Sequence record: DRR378314_402
DNA length: 64,000 nt
Strand: one strand, 5' to 3'
The notes beneath the pieces were generated by a model. It searched no databases. It saw nothing but the letters and a program-made list of their open reading frames with translations, and was not told the DNA's origin. Below, piece by piece: positions 37,766 to 47,553 of the stretch (positions are counted from its first letter, which is position 1; each line of letters opens with the position of its first letter). The translations under genes were made by a program, and so were the position numbers.

Positions 37766-40126
37766 ATGAAATACCTTATTCCATTATTGCTTGCCCTTTC
37801 TTTCCTTTCCCATGCCCAAAGTCAGTCGGTAGAGACGGTGCCTTTACAGAAGGTTAGTTTGTTACCCAGCCCTTTTAAACACGCGCAGGATACTAATCTA
37901 AACTACTTACTTGAGCTGGATGCTGATCGTTTGCTCGCACCTTATCGCCAGCAGGCAGGTATTGAGAGCCCAGAGCCAAGCTACGGTAACTGGGAAGGCG
38001 ACGGTTTGGGTGGACACATAGGCGGACACTACCTAAGTGGGTTAGCATTGACTTATGCTGCAACCGGCAATGAAGAAATACACCAGCGTTTGCAGTATAT
38101 GCTGAACTCACTGGCAGAAGTGCAGAAAGCTAATGGCAATGGTTATTTAGGTGGCATTCCAGGTGGTGAAGCCATGTGGGAAGAAATTCAGGCTGGTAAT
38201 ATTGATGCCGATCTTTTTGTGCTGAACGATAAATGGGTTCCCTGGTATAACCTGGATAAAGTCTATGCCGGACTGCGTGACGTTTATCGCTATACAGATA
38301 ACGAGAAAGCGCTGCAGATGTTGCTGGCTCTGACAGACTGGACAATTGAATTAGTCAGTGAATTGTCTGATGAACAAATTCAGCAAATGTTGGTGAGTGA
38401 GCACGGTGGACTGAATATTGTATTTGCCGATGTCTATGAAATTACGGGCGAAGAGAAATACCTGCATCTGGCACGGCAATTTTCCCACCAGCAAATTTTA
38501 CAGCCTTTAAGTCAGCATAAGGACCAGCTGGACGGTCTGCATGCCAATACCCAAATCCCAAAAGTGGTAGGTTTTGAGCGTGTGCATGGTGTCGCGGGTG
38601 ATGAGGCTTATGGTGAGGCCGCCGAGTATTTCTGGCGGAATGTTGTCAAAAAACGCACTGTTGCTATTGGTGGTAACAGTGTGCGTGAACACTTTCATGA
38701 CAGTGACGATTTCAGCGACATGATTGAGGACGTTGAAGGGCCGGAAACCTGTAACAGTTATAACATGCTCAAGCTGTCCAGGTTGCTTTATCAGCGCGGT
38801 GCTGAAACCCGTTATATTGATTACTATGAGCGCACTCTGTACAACCATATTTTATCTTCGCAGCATCCGCAAAGTGGCGGTTTGGTTTACTTCACGCCTA
38901 TGCGGCCGAATCACTACCGGGTTTATTCTGCAGTGCATGATGCCATGTGGTGCTGTGTTGGCTCGGGTATTGAGAGTCATGCCAAGTACGGGCGTATGAT
39001 TTATGCCAGTGATGAACAGTCTTTATATGTGAATCTGTTTATTCCTTCACGTCTGCAATGGCAGGAGCGGGGACTGGATTTAACCATGAGCACCCGCTTT
39101 CCGGACGACGACTCCGTTAGCATTACCATTAACCAAAAAACTGATGTGGCTCTGAAGTTACGTTACCCCAGATGGGTGGAAGCGGATCAGCTGAGCCTCA
39201 GCGTTAATGGCGAAGCGCAGGAGGTAAGCGCGTCACCCGGGGAATACATTAGCATTCAACGCAACTGGGAACCGGGTGATAAGGTTGAACTGAAGCTTCC
39301 TATGCAGCTTTCCTTAGAGCAAATGCCGGATAAAAGCGATTACTATGCGGTGTTATTCGGGCCTATTGTTCTGGCCGCGAAAACCGACCCAATGCCGGGC
39401 GAACAGCTTAATTTTGTCGCCGACGATAGCCGCATGGGACACATTGCTCAGGGAGAGCAGTGCCCGCTTGAGTCTGTGCCTATGTTTGTTGCCGACAGTC
39501 CTGACTTTTTGGACAAAATAAAACCAGTACCCGGTGAACCACTGACCTTTGAGGTTAAAGATCTGGTGCATCCAGCACAGAATGGCAGTACGCGGTTAAT
39601 TCCATTTTTCCGGCTGCACGATTCGCGTTACATGCTGTATTGGCCTTATAGCCCGGAAGAAAAGGTCGACCAATTCCGCGCCGCTCAGTCGTCGTTGAGT
39701 GAAGAGCGCCAACAGTTAGAAGAGCTGACGGTAGACAGCTTAATACCGGGCGAGCAGCAACCTGAGGCGGATCATTACTTCAAAGGGGAAGATACTCAGG
39801 CGGGGGTTAATAATGGCGACCACTGGCGTGATGCCTCTGGCTGGTTCAGTTATGAAATGAAGAACCCGGAAGGGCAGGCCAGAGTATTAAGACTGACCTA
39901 CTTTGGTGGCGACAGCGGTCGCCGGTTTGACGTTTTGGTTAACGGTGAGCGATTGACCAGAGTGCACTTAAAGGGAGAGCAGGGGGCTAAGCTGTTTAGT
40001 CGCGAGTACGAGCTACCTGACAAGTTGCACGATGAAAGTACGTTAACAGTACGCTTTGAAGCACATGAAGGCAGCATTGCTGGTGGTATCTACGGCGTTC
40101 GCTTGCTAAAACACGCCGTAGATTAG
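37766..40126 (+). CDS. GH127/GH146 beta-L-arabinofuranosidase, exported
   Basis: Signal peptide; GHIGGHYLS, EHGG, HANTQIPK, GPETCNSYNMLKL, WCCVGSG. Confidence 0.88.
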   Translation: MKYLIPLLLALSFLSHAQSQSVETVPLQKVSLLPSPFKHAQDTNLNYLLELDADRLLAPYRQQAGIESPEPSYGNWEGDGLGGHIGGHYLSGLALTYAATGNEEIHQRLQYMLNSLAEVQKANGNGYLGGIPGGEAMWEEIQAGNIDADLFVLNDKWVPWYNLDKVYAGLRDVYRYTDNEKALQMLLALTDWTIELVSELSDEQIQQMLVSEHGGLNIVFADVYEITGEEKYLHLARQFSHQQILQPLSQHKDQLDGLHANTQIPKVVGFERVHGVAGDEAYGEAAEYFWRNVVKKRTVAIGGNSVREHFHDSDDFSDMIEDVEGPETCNSYNMLKLSRLLYQRGAETRYIDYYERTLYNHILSSQHPQSGGLVYFTPMRPNHYRVYSAVHDAMWCCVGSGIESHAKYGRMIYASDEQSLYVNLFIPSRLQWQERGLDLTMSTRFPDDDSVSITINQKTDVALKLRYPRWVEADQLSLSVNGEAQEVSASPGEYISIQRNWEPGDKVELKLPMQLSLEQMPDKSDYYAVLFGPIVLAAKTDPMPGEQLNFVADDSRMGHIAQGEQCPLESVPMFVADSPDFLDKIKPVPGEPLTFEVKDLVHPAQNGSTRLIPFFRLHDSRYMLYWPYSPEEKVDQFRAAQSSLSEERQQLEELTVDSLIPGEQQPEADHYFKGEDTQAGVNNGDHWRDASGWFSYEMKNPEGQARVLRLTYFGGDSGRRFDVLVNGERLTRVHLKGEQGAKLFSREYELPDKLHDESTLTVRFEAHEGSIAGGIYGVRLLKHAVD

Positions 40127-40136
40127 CCACCTTAAC

Positions 40137-41117
40137 TTATTGGAGTTTCAGATCGGGTTCCTGTTGCGCAAAATCAGGGAACCCGTCGTCGCTCCAGCGC
40201 AGTAACCGAACCCGGGTGTTGCGATTGGGATCATGTAGTGAGTTACCGTCAATTTCACGGTAGCTGCGTGCATGATAAATCACTAAATCGCGATCATCTT
40301 TATCAACGGTAAAGCTGCCATGTCCTGGTCCGTAACGTCTTAGTTCTGGGTTAGTATAAAATACTGGCTCCTCTGACTTCTGCCAGGTGCTGGCATCCAG
40401 TAAGTCCGCATCGGCATCAGCCCATAACAACCCGGTAGCATAGTTTTCGTCGGTTGCGCTGGCTGAAAAGCTCAGGAAGATACGGCCATTTCGAATTAAC
40501 GCCGAAGCCCCTTCATTCACCGAGTATCCTTTCGTTTCCCATTCAAATTCAGGCTCCGAAATTTTGGTCTGTGGGCCTACTTTTGTCGGGCTGATCAGTT
40601 CTGCTATGAAAAGGGCAGAGTTATAATCATATTTAGGATGATGCTGAGCCCAGACAAGATAATTGGTACCCTTATGACGAAAATGTGTCGCATCCAGATT
40701 GAATGTGTCCCAGGCGGTCTGTAACTGTCCAAGTTCCTTCCATTCACCAGTGAGTGGGTCTTCACTTTTGTTTTCTAAAACGTAGGTTCTTATATTGAAA
40801 GGAGCGTCGGCTCGACCTGCAGCAAAATAAATGTACCAGGCGTCATCAATGCGGTGTATTTCCGGAGCCCAGATATTGGCGCTCATATCCCCTTGTTCGC
40901 GTTGCTGCCATATGGTTTTAACGTCAGCTTCGGCTAAACCTGCTACCGACTCGGCACGTCGCAATTCAATGCGGTTAAACTCTGGCACTGAAGCGGTAAA
41001 ATAGTAGTTACTGTCAACTTTGAGCACCCAGGGGTCTGCACGCTGTGGAATTAACACGTCGGCTGCAGCGAATAAAGGAAAGCAAAGTAAACTGAGTAAG
41101 GCCAGATAGTTAGTCAT
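40137..41117 (-). CDS. Exported GH43 alpha-L-arabinofuranosidase
   Basis: Signal peptide; QRADPW, IWAPEIH, LDAT, VNEG, SASATDENY, GPGHGSF. Confidence 0.88.
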   Translation of the reverse strand: MTNYLALLSLLCFPLFAAADVLIPQRADPWVLKVDSNYYFTASVPEFNRIELRRAESVAGLAEADVKTIWQQREQGDMSANIWAPEIHRIDDAWYIYFAAGRADAPFNIRTYVLENKSEDPLTGEWKELGQLQTAWDTFNLDATHFRHKGTNYLVWAQHHPKYDYNSALFIAELISPTKVGPQTKISEPEFEWETKGYSVNEGASALIRNGRIFLSFSASATDENYATGLLWADADADLLDASTWQKSEEPVFYTNPELRRYGPGHGSFTVDKDDRDLVIYHARSYREIDGNSLHDPNRNTRVRLLRWSDDGFPDFAQQEPDLKLQ

Positions 41118-41991
41118 AATAATTCACTTTAGGTTCTGGCAGGCCGCGAGCGCCTGTCTGGTAGATAAGAACAGAACCGGCTAACGGCTCGCTGGCCTTT
41201 TGCTCCGGTGTAAGTCCTTCGGTGGCGGAGGTGACAAAAAGTATGTCCATATTAGGGCCGCCGAAAGCAACACAGGTAGGCTGCGACACTGGCAGTTCAA
41301 GTATACCTTCGAGTTTTCCAGCAGAACTAAAGCGCGCCACGCCATTACCACCCCAAAGAGCAACCCATAAACGGCCTTGCGCATCGACAATTGCCCCATC
41401 GGGCTCGCCCTGTGGAACCGAAGCAAATACTTGAGAGTTTGAAGGAACCCCGTTTAATGGATCAAAGTCATACTGACGAATAGTCCCTGTTGGCGTATCT
41501 GCGTGATACATACGCGTGCCTTCCTGGTTCCAACACAGTGCGTTAGGAATTTGGAAACCTCCAAGCACCGCATGGCAGCCAGTTACATCAACACGATAGA
41601 GGCTACCTTTTAGGCCTTCGTCCTGTTCGACCATAGTGGCTGACCAAAAACGTCCCTGGCGATCAGTGCGACCGTCGTTAAAACGGTGCCCGTTAAGCTC
41701 TTGTTCTGGTCGGGCTATCCATTCAACCTGCTGTGTTTCGGGTTCGTAAGTGGCGAAACCTGAAGCAAAACTGACCATCATTTTTACGGGCTCTGTGCCG
41801 ATGATAGAAAACGCAGTCAGGCGTTCTGGTGTGCTCCAGGTTTCCAATTCTTTAGTGTGCCAGTGGTAACAATGGAGTTGGCAACCGTGAATGTCTGTCC
41901 ACCACAGGGTATTGGTTAATGAATGCCAGACAATGCCTTCACCAAGTCGGTTAGTCACATCAATGCTGGTTATAAAATGACAATTATCCAC
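41110..41991 (-). CDS. SMP-30/gluconolactonase family lactonase (putative L-arabinonolactonase)
   Basis: LGEG..W, RFNDGRTD..GRFW, PNAL, PDG..VD..G.LWVA, PT.VAFGG; GTG start overlapping the yjfF stop. Confidence 0.85.
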   Translation of the reverse strand: MDNCHFITSIDVTNRLGEGIVWHSLTNTLWWTDIHGCQLHCYHWHTKELETWSTPERLTAFSIIGTEPVKMMVSFASGFATYEPETQQVEWIARPEQELNGHRFNDGRTDRQGRFWSATMVEQDEGLKGSLYRVDVTGCHAVLGGFQIPNALCWNQEGTRMYHADTPTGTIRQYDFDPLNGVPSNSQVFASVPQGEPDGAIVDAQGRLWVALWGGNGVARFSSAGKLEGILELPVSQPTCVAFGGPNMDILFVTSATEGLTPEQKASEPLAGSVLIYQTGARGLPEPKVNYYD

Positions 41992-42955
41992 GTTGAGAAC
42001 TCCGGTTGAGAACTTTTTGCAAGGCAATGAAAACGAACAACAGTAAGCCTATAGCAATGCGCGCCCACCAGCTATTTAAGGTGCCTTCAAAGATAATATA
42101 GGTCTGGATAATGCCCATAAGCATCACCCCTAATAATGTCCCTAAAATATACCCACTACCGCCGGTTAACAGCGTACCACCAATAACCACCGCGGCGATG
42201 GCGTCGAGCTCCATGCCAATACCGGTTAAGGCATAGCCGGAAAAGGTATAAAAGGTATAGAGAATGCCTGCAAAAGCAGCCAGGAAACTGGACATGGCGT
42301 AAATGCCAATAGTACTTCGTGCTATAGGCACGCCCATTAGTGCTGCTGACTGGCTATTGCCACCAATAGCGTAAATGTAGCCGCCAAAACGACTGTAGTG
42401 AGTGAGCAAAAAAAGCCCGGCTAATACCGCAATAACAATAATAGCGTAACTCGGGAGCCAGGCATTGCCGGGGAGTGAAATGCCTGAGTCTGCAACGGCA
42501 TAATATAAAGGATGATCAATGCCTACGGACTCTTCACTAATGGTGGTTGCCAGCCCTCGCGCAAAAAACATACCCGCCAGGGTTACAATAAAAGGTTGAA
42601 GCTTGTAAAAGTAAATCAGGCTGCCCATTAGAGTACCGAACAGCGTCCCGATAACCAGTACCAAAGGAAAGACCAGCAGCGGGTGCCATTGATATTCACT
42701 GATAAGCACGGCACAGAGTACGCCACTTAGAGCGACCACAGCACCAACAGACAAATCGATGCCGCCGGAGAGAATAACCAGCGTCATGCCTAAGGCGACG
42801 ACTAATAAAAACGCATTATCAGTCAGTAAGTTAGTAACGACCTGCAAACTGGCGAAGCCTTCAAACTGAAAACCGCCAATAATAAACATGACCACCAATA
42901 AAGAGAATGTGGCGAGCAGGGGAACAAATCGACGTGCAATCATGAGTGTCTCCAT
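41984..42955 (-). CDS. yjfF: Sugar ABC permease YjfF
   Basis: NLLTDNAFL; ILSGGIDLSVG; QPFIVTLAGMF.ARG; ELDAIAAVVIGGTLLTGG. Confidence 0.85.
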   Translation of the reverse strand: METLMIARRFVPLLATFSLLVVMFIIGGFQFEGFASLQVVTNLLTDNAFLLVVALGMTLVILSGGIDLSVGAVVALSGVLCAVLISEYQWHPLLVFPLVLVIGTLFGTLMGSLIYFYKLQPFIVTLAGMFFARGLATTISEESVGIDHPLYYAVADSGISLPGNAWLPSYAIIVIAVLAGLFLLTHYSRFGGYIYAIGGNSQSAALMGVPIARSTIGIYAMSSFLAAFAGILYTFYTFSGYALTGIGMELDAIAAVVIGGTLLTGGSGYILGTLLGVMLMGIIQTYIIFEGTLNSWWARIAIGLLLFVFIALQKVLNRSSQRG

Positions 42956-43962
42956 TTGCCGGCCAGTCCGCTAATTTGCTTGCGGAAAATATCGGACTGC
43001 AGTAGCAATACCAGCACCACTGCCAGTGCTTTTATCAATAAATTAAGTTTAGAGGGCATTCCGCTGACCATAATGGTTGTGTTCAGGGTTTGAATAATGA
43101 GTACGCCAATTAGTGACAAGGGAATAGAAAAGCGCCCACCGCTTAACGCAGCACCGCCGAGAACCACCGCCAGGATGGCATCGAGCTCGAGCCACAAACC
43201 CACATTATTCGCATCTGAACCGTTGATATCGGCAGCGCTTATAATGCCGGCCAGCGCGGCGCAAAAACCGGTTAATAGATAGGCCATCAGTTTTACGGTG
43301 CGGTCATTAATTCCGAGGTAGCGGCTGGCGCTAGAATTGCAGCCAACGGCTTCGACGAAAAGCCCCAGCGCGGTGCGGCGCAGCATTAACTGACTGATGC
43401 CAAAAACCAGCAGCACCAGCCATATAGTGACGGGAATGCCAAGCAGAGTGCCGCTTCCCAACCAGCTGAAACCGGCATGTTGAAAGGTGACTATCTGACC
43501 GTCGTTAAGGAGCTGGGCGATGCCGCGACCGGTCACCATTAATAGCAGCGTCGCTATAATAGGCTGAATGCCCATATAACTGACCAGAGCGCCGTTGATT
43601 AAGCCGCATAACAAACCACTGGCGATACCGGCCACGAGTACCGTAAACAGACTGACGTCCGTAGCCACCAGTAAATTGGCACAAACTGCACCGGCAATGG
43701 CCATCACGGCACCTACCGACAGGTCAATTCCGCCGGTGGCAATTACAACTGTCATGCCAATGGCTAACAACGCGACCGGAGCACTGCGGTGGAGAATATC
43801 AATTGGATTACCGTAGAAACGGCCGTTATCAAAATGAATGTCTAAGAATGAGGCGTCCAGCAGCAAATTAAATATTAACATTAACAGCAGGGCGGCCAGG
43901 GGCCAGATGTAGCGTGATTTAAGCAGCCGCTCTGTAAAAGAATGTGATGTTTCTGTGTTCAT
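42940..43962 (-). CDS. ytfT: Sugar ABC permease YtfT
   Basis: VIATGGIDLSVG; QPIIATL; DANNVGLWLELDAILAVV. Confidence 0.85.
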   Translation of the reverse strand: MNTETSHSFTERLLKSRYIWPLAALLLMLIFNLLLDASFLDIHFDNGRFYGNPIDILHRSAPVALLAIGMTVVIATGGIDLSVGAVMAIAGAVCANLLVATDVSLFTVLVAGIASGLLCGLINGALVSYMGIQPIIATLLLMVTGRGIAQLLNDGQIVTFQHAGFSWLGSGTLLGIPVTIWLVLLVFGISQLMLRRTALGLFVEAVGCNSSASRYLGINDRTVKLMAYLLTGFCAALAGIISAADINGSDANNVGLWLELDAILAVVLGGAALSGGRFSIPLSLIGVLIIQTLNTTIMVSGMPSKLNLLIKALAVVLVLLLQSDIFRKQISGLAGKWRHS

Positions 43963-43966
43963 TGAT

Positions 43967-45478
43967 TTACACCTCGGCTATCGAATGCATTATGGATTGA
44001 GAGGTTAATTCTGCGCCTTGTAGCTCCGCGACTTTGCGGTGGTCACGCATAACGACAACACGGTTAGCAAAGGCGACCAGCTCATCCAGTTCGGATGACG
44101 CCACTAATAACGACATGCCTTCATCGCACAGAGATTTAATTAACTTAATGATTTCGGCGTGTGCACCAATATCGATACCGCGAGTGGGTTCGTCTAAAAT
44201 CAATAGCTGCGGGCTAATAGCCAGCCAGCGGGCAAGAATGACTTTTTGCTGGTTTCCACCGCTGAGTTCTTCAATCGGCTTTTCTGAATCGGGCGTGGCG
44301 ATGTGAAAAGATTCAATATACTGATTGGCCAGAGTTCTTTGTTTTTCCGGTGATATATAGCGCCACCAGCCAGCCTGCACCTGAAGGGCCAGAGCGATAT
44401 TCTCGCGGATGGAAAGTGGGCCAATAATACCGTCAGTTTTACGATCTTCAGGGCAGAGTGCAATGCCTTGCTGCATAGCGTCTGCCGGCTGGTTAAGAGT
44501 AACGGGCTGCTGGCGTATTTTAATCTCTCCGCTTTTCAGTGTGTCGATGCCGAATAACGCGCGACATACTTCAGTACGCCCCGAACCCAGTAAACCTGCC
44601 ATACCCACAGCCTCACCTTTATGGACTGTCAGTGATACATCATCGACTGAGTGCGGCACAGTGGCGTTTGACACCGTCAGTAAAGGTTCACGTTTTGTCG
44701 GCTCGGTGGCCTCTGTTTGTTCTCCGGTAACCTGTTGCAGTTCCTGACCCAGCATGGCTTCAATTAAGCGGTTGCGCGACAGATCAGCAATGGGGTATTC
44801 ACCTATTAACTTGCCGGAACGTAAAACGGTGATGCGATCAGAAATTTGATAGACCTGTTCCAGAAAGTGAGTAATAAACAAAATGGCGATGCCTTCACTT
44901 TTCAGCTGACGCAGAATATCAAAAAGAGTGTCTACTTCGCTGCTATCGAGGCTGGCGGTGGGCTCATCCAGTACCAGAACTTTAGCGTTCATGGCAACGC
45001 CACGGGCAATAGCAACGAGTTGCTGTATCGCCACAGAATAGTGAGATAAAGATTCGGTAACATCAATGTCGAGTTTGAAGCGCTTCAATAGCTTGCGGGC
45101 GTCTTCCGCCATTTGTTGCCAGCGAATGCAGCCGAAACGCGTCGGTTCGCGCCCAAGGAACAAGTTATGGGCAACGCTTAAGTTCGGCAGTAAATTCACT
45201 TCTTGATACACAGGAGCTATTCCCAGCTTCTGGGCTTCTGCGGTATTGGACGGGCTTATTTCTTGTTGCTGCAGCTGAATGCTTCCGCTGTCTTTTGGTA
45301 ATACGCCGGTCATTATTTTTACCAACGTGGATTTGCCGGCGCCATTTTCCCCCAGCAGCGCGTGAACTTCGCCCGGGAATAAGCGGAAATTAACGGCATC
45401 CAGGGCTTTTACTCCGGGGAATTGCTTACTGATATTACTGAGTTCAAATAGTGCTTTTTCTGATTGTTCTTGTTGCAT
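43967..45478 (-). CDS. ytfR: Sugar ABC ATP-binding protein YtfR
   Basis: Two ABC domains: GENGAGKST, LDEPTASL, LSGGNQQK, DEPTRGIDIGAH. Confidence 0.87.
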   Translation of the reverse strand: MQQEQSEKALFELSNISKQFPGVKALDAVNFRLFPGEVHALLGENGAGKSTLVKIMTGVLPKDSGSIQLQQQEISPSNTAEAQKLGIAPVYQEVNLLPNLSVAHNLFLGREPTRFGCIRWQQMAEDARKLLKRFKLDIDVTESLSHYSVAIQQLVAIARGVAMNAKVLVLDEPTASLDSSEVDTLFDILRQLKSEGIAILFITHFLEQVYQISDRITVLRSGKLIGEYPIADLSRNRLIEAMLGQELQQVTGEQTEATEPTKREPLLTVSNATVPHSVDDVSLTVHKGEAVGMAGLLGSGRTEVCRALFGIDTLKSGEIKIRQQPVTLNQPADAMQQGIALCPEDRKTDGIIGPLSIRENIALALQVQAGWWRYISPEKQRTLANQYIESFHIATPDSEKPIEELSGGNQQKVILARWLAISPQLLILDEPTRGIDIGAHAEIIKLIKSLCDEGMSLLVASSELDELVAFANRVVVMRDHRKVAELQGAELTSQSIMHSIAEV

Positions 45479-45504
45479 GATTTTCTCCCAACGACAAAGG
45501 CGGC

Positions 45505-46437
45505 CTATTGGCTTCGCTTTTGATATTCCTCAGCTGCAGTGGCTTGAGTGTAAACATCGCCAGTGGTACGGATCAGTTTTGGTATGTCCGTGTCGCCCTT
45601 TAAATAGCGTTGAATAACGTCGTAAGTAGGAGCACCTAAATGCGGGTCTAACTCAACGGTGACATTCGCCAGGCCGTTAGCCATAGCCAGGAAATAGTCC
45701 GGAATACCGTCTACGGAAATCACTTTGATATCTTCTCCGGGAGCAAGGCCAGACTCTTTAATTGCCTGAATGGCACCTAACGCCATCTCATCGTTATGTG
45801 CCCAAAGGGCACAGATGCTGTTTGGGTCTTCTGCTCTGAGAAAGCTTTCCATTACTTCTTTACCACGGTTGCGGGTGAACTCCGCAGTCTGACTCCGTAC
45901 TATGGTAATGTTGTCGTGTTTATCGATAACGCTGTTGAAGCCCGTTCCCCGGTCAATAGCCGCAGTGGAACCAACGGTTCCTTGTAGTTCAACCACACGG
46001 CATTCGTCCTGCTCGTTTTCAACTAACCATTGAGCCGCTTTCACTCCCTCCTCAACAAAGTCTGAGGCAATGCGGGTAAGGTATAGGTCTTCGTCTGCGC
46101 GAATGTTGCGATCCAGAATAATGACAGGAATGTCGGAGCGTTGTGCCTGGCGGAGAATGGGTGTCCAGCCGGTTTCAACTACCGGGGCGATGACGATGGC
46201 GTCTACCCGCATGGCAATAAAGGTGCGTACCGCCCGAATTTGATTGGCTTGTTGCTGTTGAGAGTCTGCAAATTTCAGCGTGATGCCGCGTCGTTTTGCT
46301 TCTTCTCGCATGTCGTTACTAAAGTTAGTCCGCCAGCCGCTTTCTGAGCCAACTTGAGCAAAACCTACCACAATTTCAGCCATTGCGTTCTGACTGAGCA
46401 GGAGTAACGACATCATTGCTAATGTCTTTATGTTCAT
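45505..46437 (-). CDS. ytfQ: Periplasmic sugar-binding protein, YtfQ family
   Basis: VGFAQVGSESGWR; IAPVVETGW; VELQGTVGS; AHNDEMA.GAIQAIKE.G..PG.DI. Confidence 0.87.
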   Translation of the reverse strand: MNIKTLAMMSLLLLSQNAMAEIVVGFAQVGSESGWRTNFSNDMREEAKRRGITLKFADSQQQQANQIRAVRTFIAMRVDAIVIAPVVETGWTPILRQAQRSDIPVIILDRNIRADEDLYLTRIASDFVEEGVKAAQWLVENEQDECRVVELQGTVGSTAAIDRGTGFNSVIDKHDNITIVRSQTAEFTRNRGKEVMESFLRAEDPNSICALWAHNDEMALGAIQAIKESGLAPGEDIKVISVDGIPDYFLAMANGLANVTVELDPHLGAPTYDVIQRYLKGDTDIPKLIRTTGDVYTQATAAEEYQKRSQ

Positions 46438-46509
46438 GTTTTTCGCCTTTATCTTATTGTTTACTTATTATTTGGGGCAAATTCATGTTGCTGTGTTTTC
46501 AGCCGCCAC

Positions 46510-47550
46510 TTAGCTGCTGGAAAACTTATAGAGACTGCTTTGTTGATATTTCTGCCCCGGGGACAGAATGACCGAAGGGAATGAGGACTGATTTACCGCA
46601 TCGGGGTGAATATGAGGCTCGAGACAAAGTCCTCCGTATTGTGGTAACGGTTTACCAGAAGCTCCGGGTATTGAAGAGTCCAGGAAGTTGCCACTGTAAA
46701 ATTGAACGCCTGGCTCTGTGCTGAACAGCTCCATTGTACGTCCGGAAACCGGATCTCGTAATTTAGCCATTTTTTGCAAGGTACGGCTTTTCTCGTCTCG
46801 CGCTACCCAAAAATGGTCATAGCCCTGTTCGGTTTTCGCAATATCCTGCCCTATGGTTTTGGCCCGTTGGAAATCCATAGGTGAATCTGCTGTACCAATT
46901 AAGCGACCAGTAGGAATGAGTCCTTCGTCAACTTCTACGTAACGGTCTGCATGAATAGTGAGTTCATGATCGAGAATGGAATCCTTGCCTGCCAGATTAA
47001 AATACATATGACTGGTCATATTCACCGGACATGTTTTATCTGTGGTGGCCTGGTAGTCGATAAGCAACTCGTTCTCTTCATTCAGTGAATAAGTTACCGC
47101 GGCTTTAAAGTTACCAGGGTAGCCCTGGTCACCATCTGCACTAAAAATATGGAATGTGACACTAACGTTATCAGCTGCTTCCCTGCTCTCTGTATCCCAA
47201 AAACGGAAAGATAACCCTTCCGGGCCGCCGTGCAGCTGATTTTCGCCTTCATTACTGACCAGATGAATGTTCTGATCATCGACTGAAAACTGACTCTGGC
47301 CTATACGGTTAGCGCAACGGCCAACAATAACGCCAAAGTAGTAAGGGTTTTTCAACCACAGAGTCGGGTCCTGATAATTAAGGGTAACTTCCTGAACGCC
47401 TTGGTTTCCGGGTACTTTCAATGAACGGACGCTGGCGCCAAAGTTAGCCAAAGTAACTTGCATACCCTGGCTGTTATTTAACGTAAAAAAGCGCAGAGGC
47501 TGGCTAAAGCCAGCGTGCACTTCTTTACTTTCTGTAATGAACAAAGCCAT
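46510..47550 (-). CDS. galM: Aldose 1-epimerase (mutarotase)
   Basis: GRCANRI, LHGG, DQGYPG, NMTSHMYFNL, YDH, QFYSGN, LCLE. Confidence 0.9.
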   Translation of the reverse strand: MALFITESKEVHAGFSQPLRFFTLNNSQGMQVTLANFGASVRSLKVPGNQGVQEVTLNYQDPTLWLKNPYYFGVIVGRCANRIGQSQFSVDDQNIHLVSNEGENQLHGGPEGLSFRFWDTESREAADNVSVTFHIFSADGDQGYPGNFKAAVTYSLNEENELLIDYQATTDKTCPVNMTSHMYFNLAGKDSILDHELTIHADRYVEVDEGLIPTGRLIGTADSPMDFQRAKTIGQDIAKTEQGYDHFWVARDEKSRTLQKMAKLRDPVSGRTMELFSTEPGVQFYSGNFLDSSIPGASGKPLPQYGGLCLEPHIHPDAVNQSSFPSVILSPGQKYQQSSLYKFSSS

Positions 47551-47553
47551 GGC

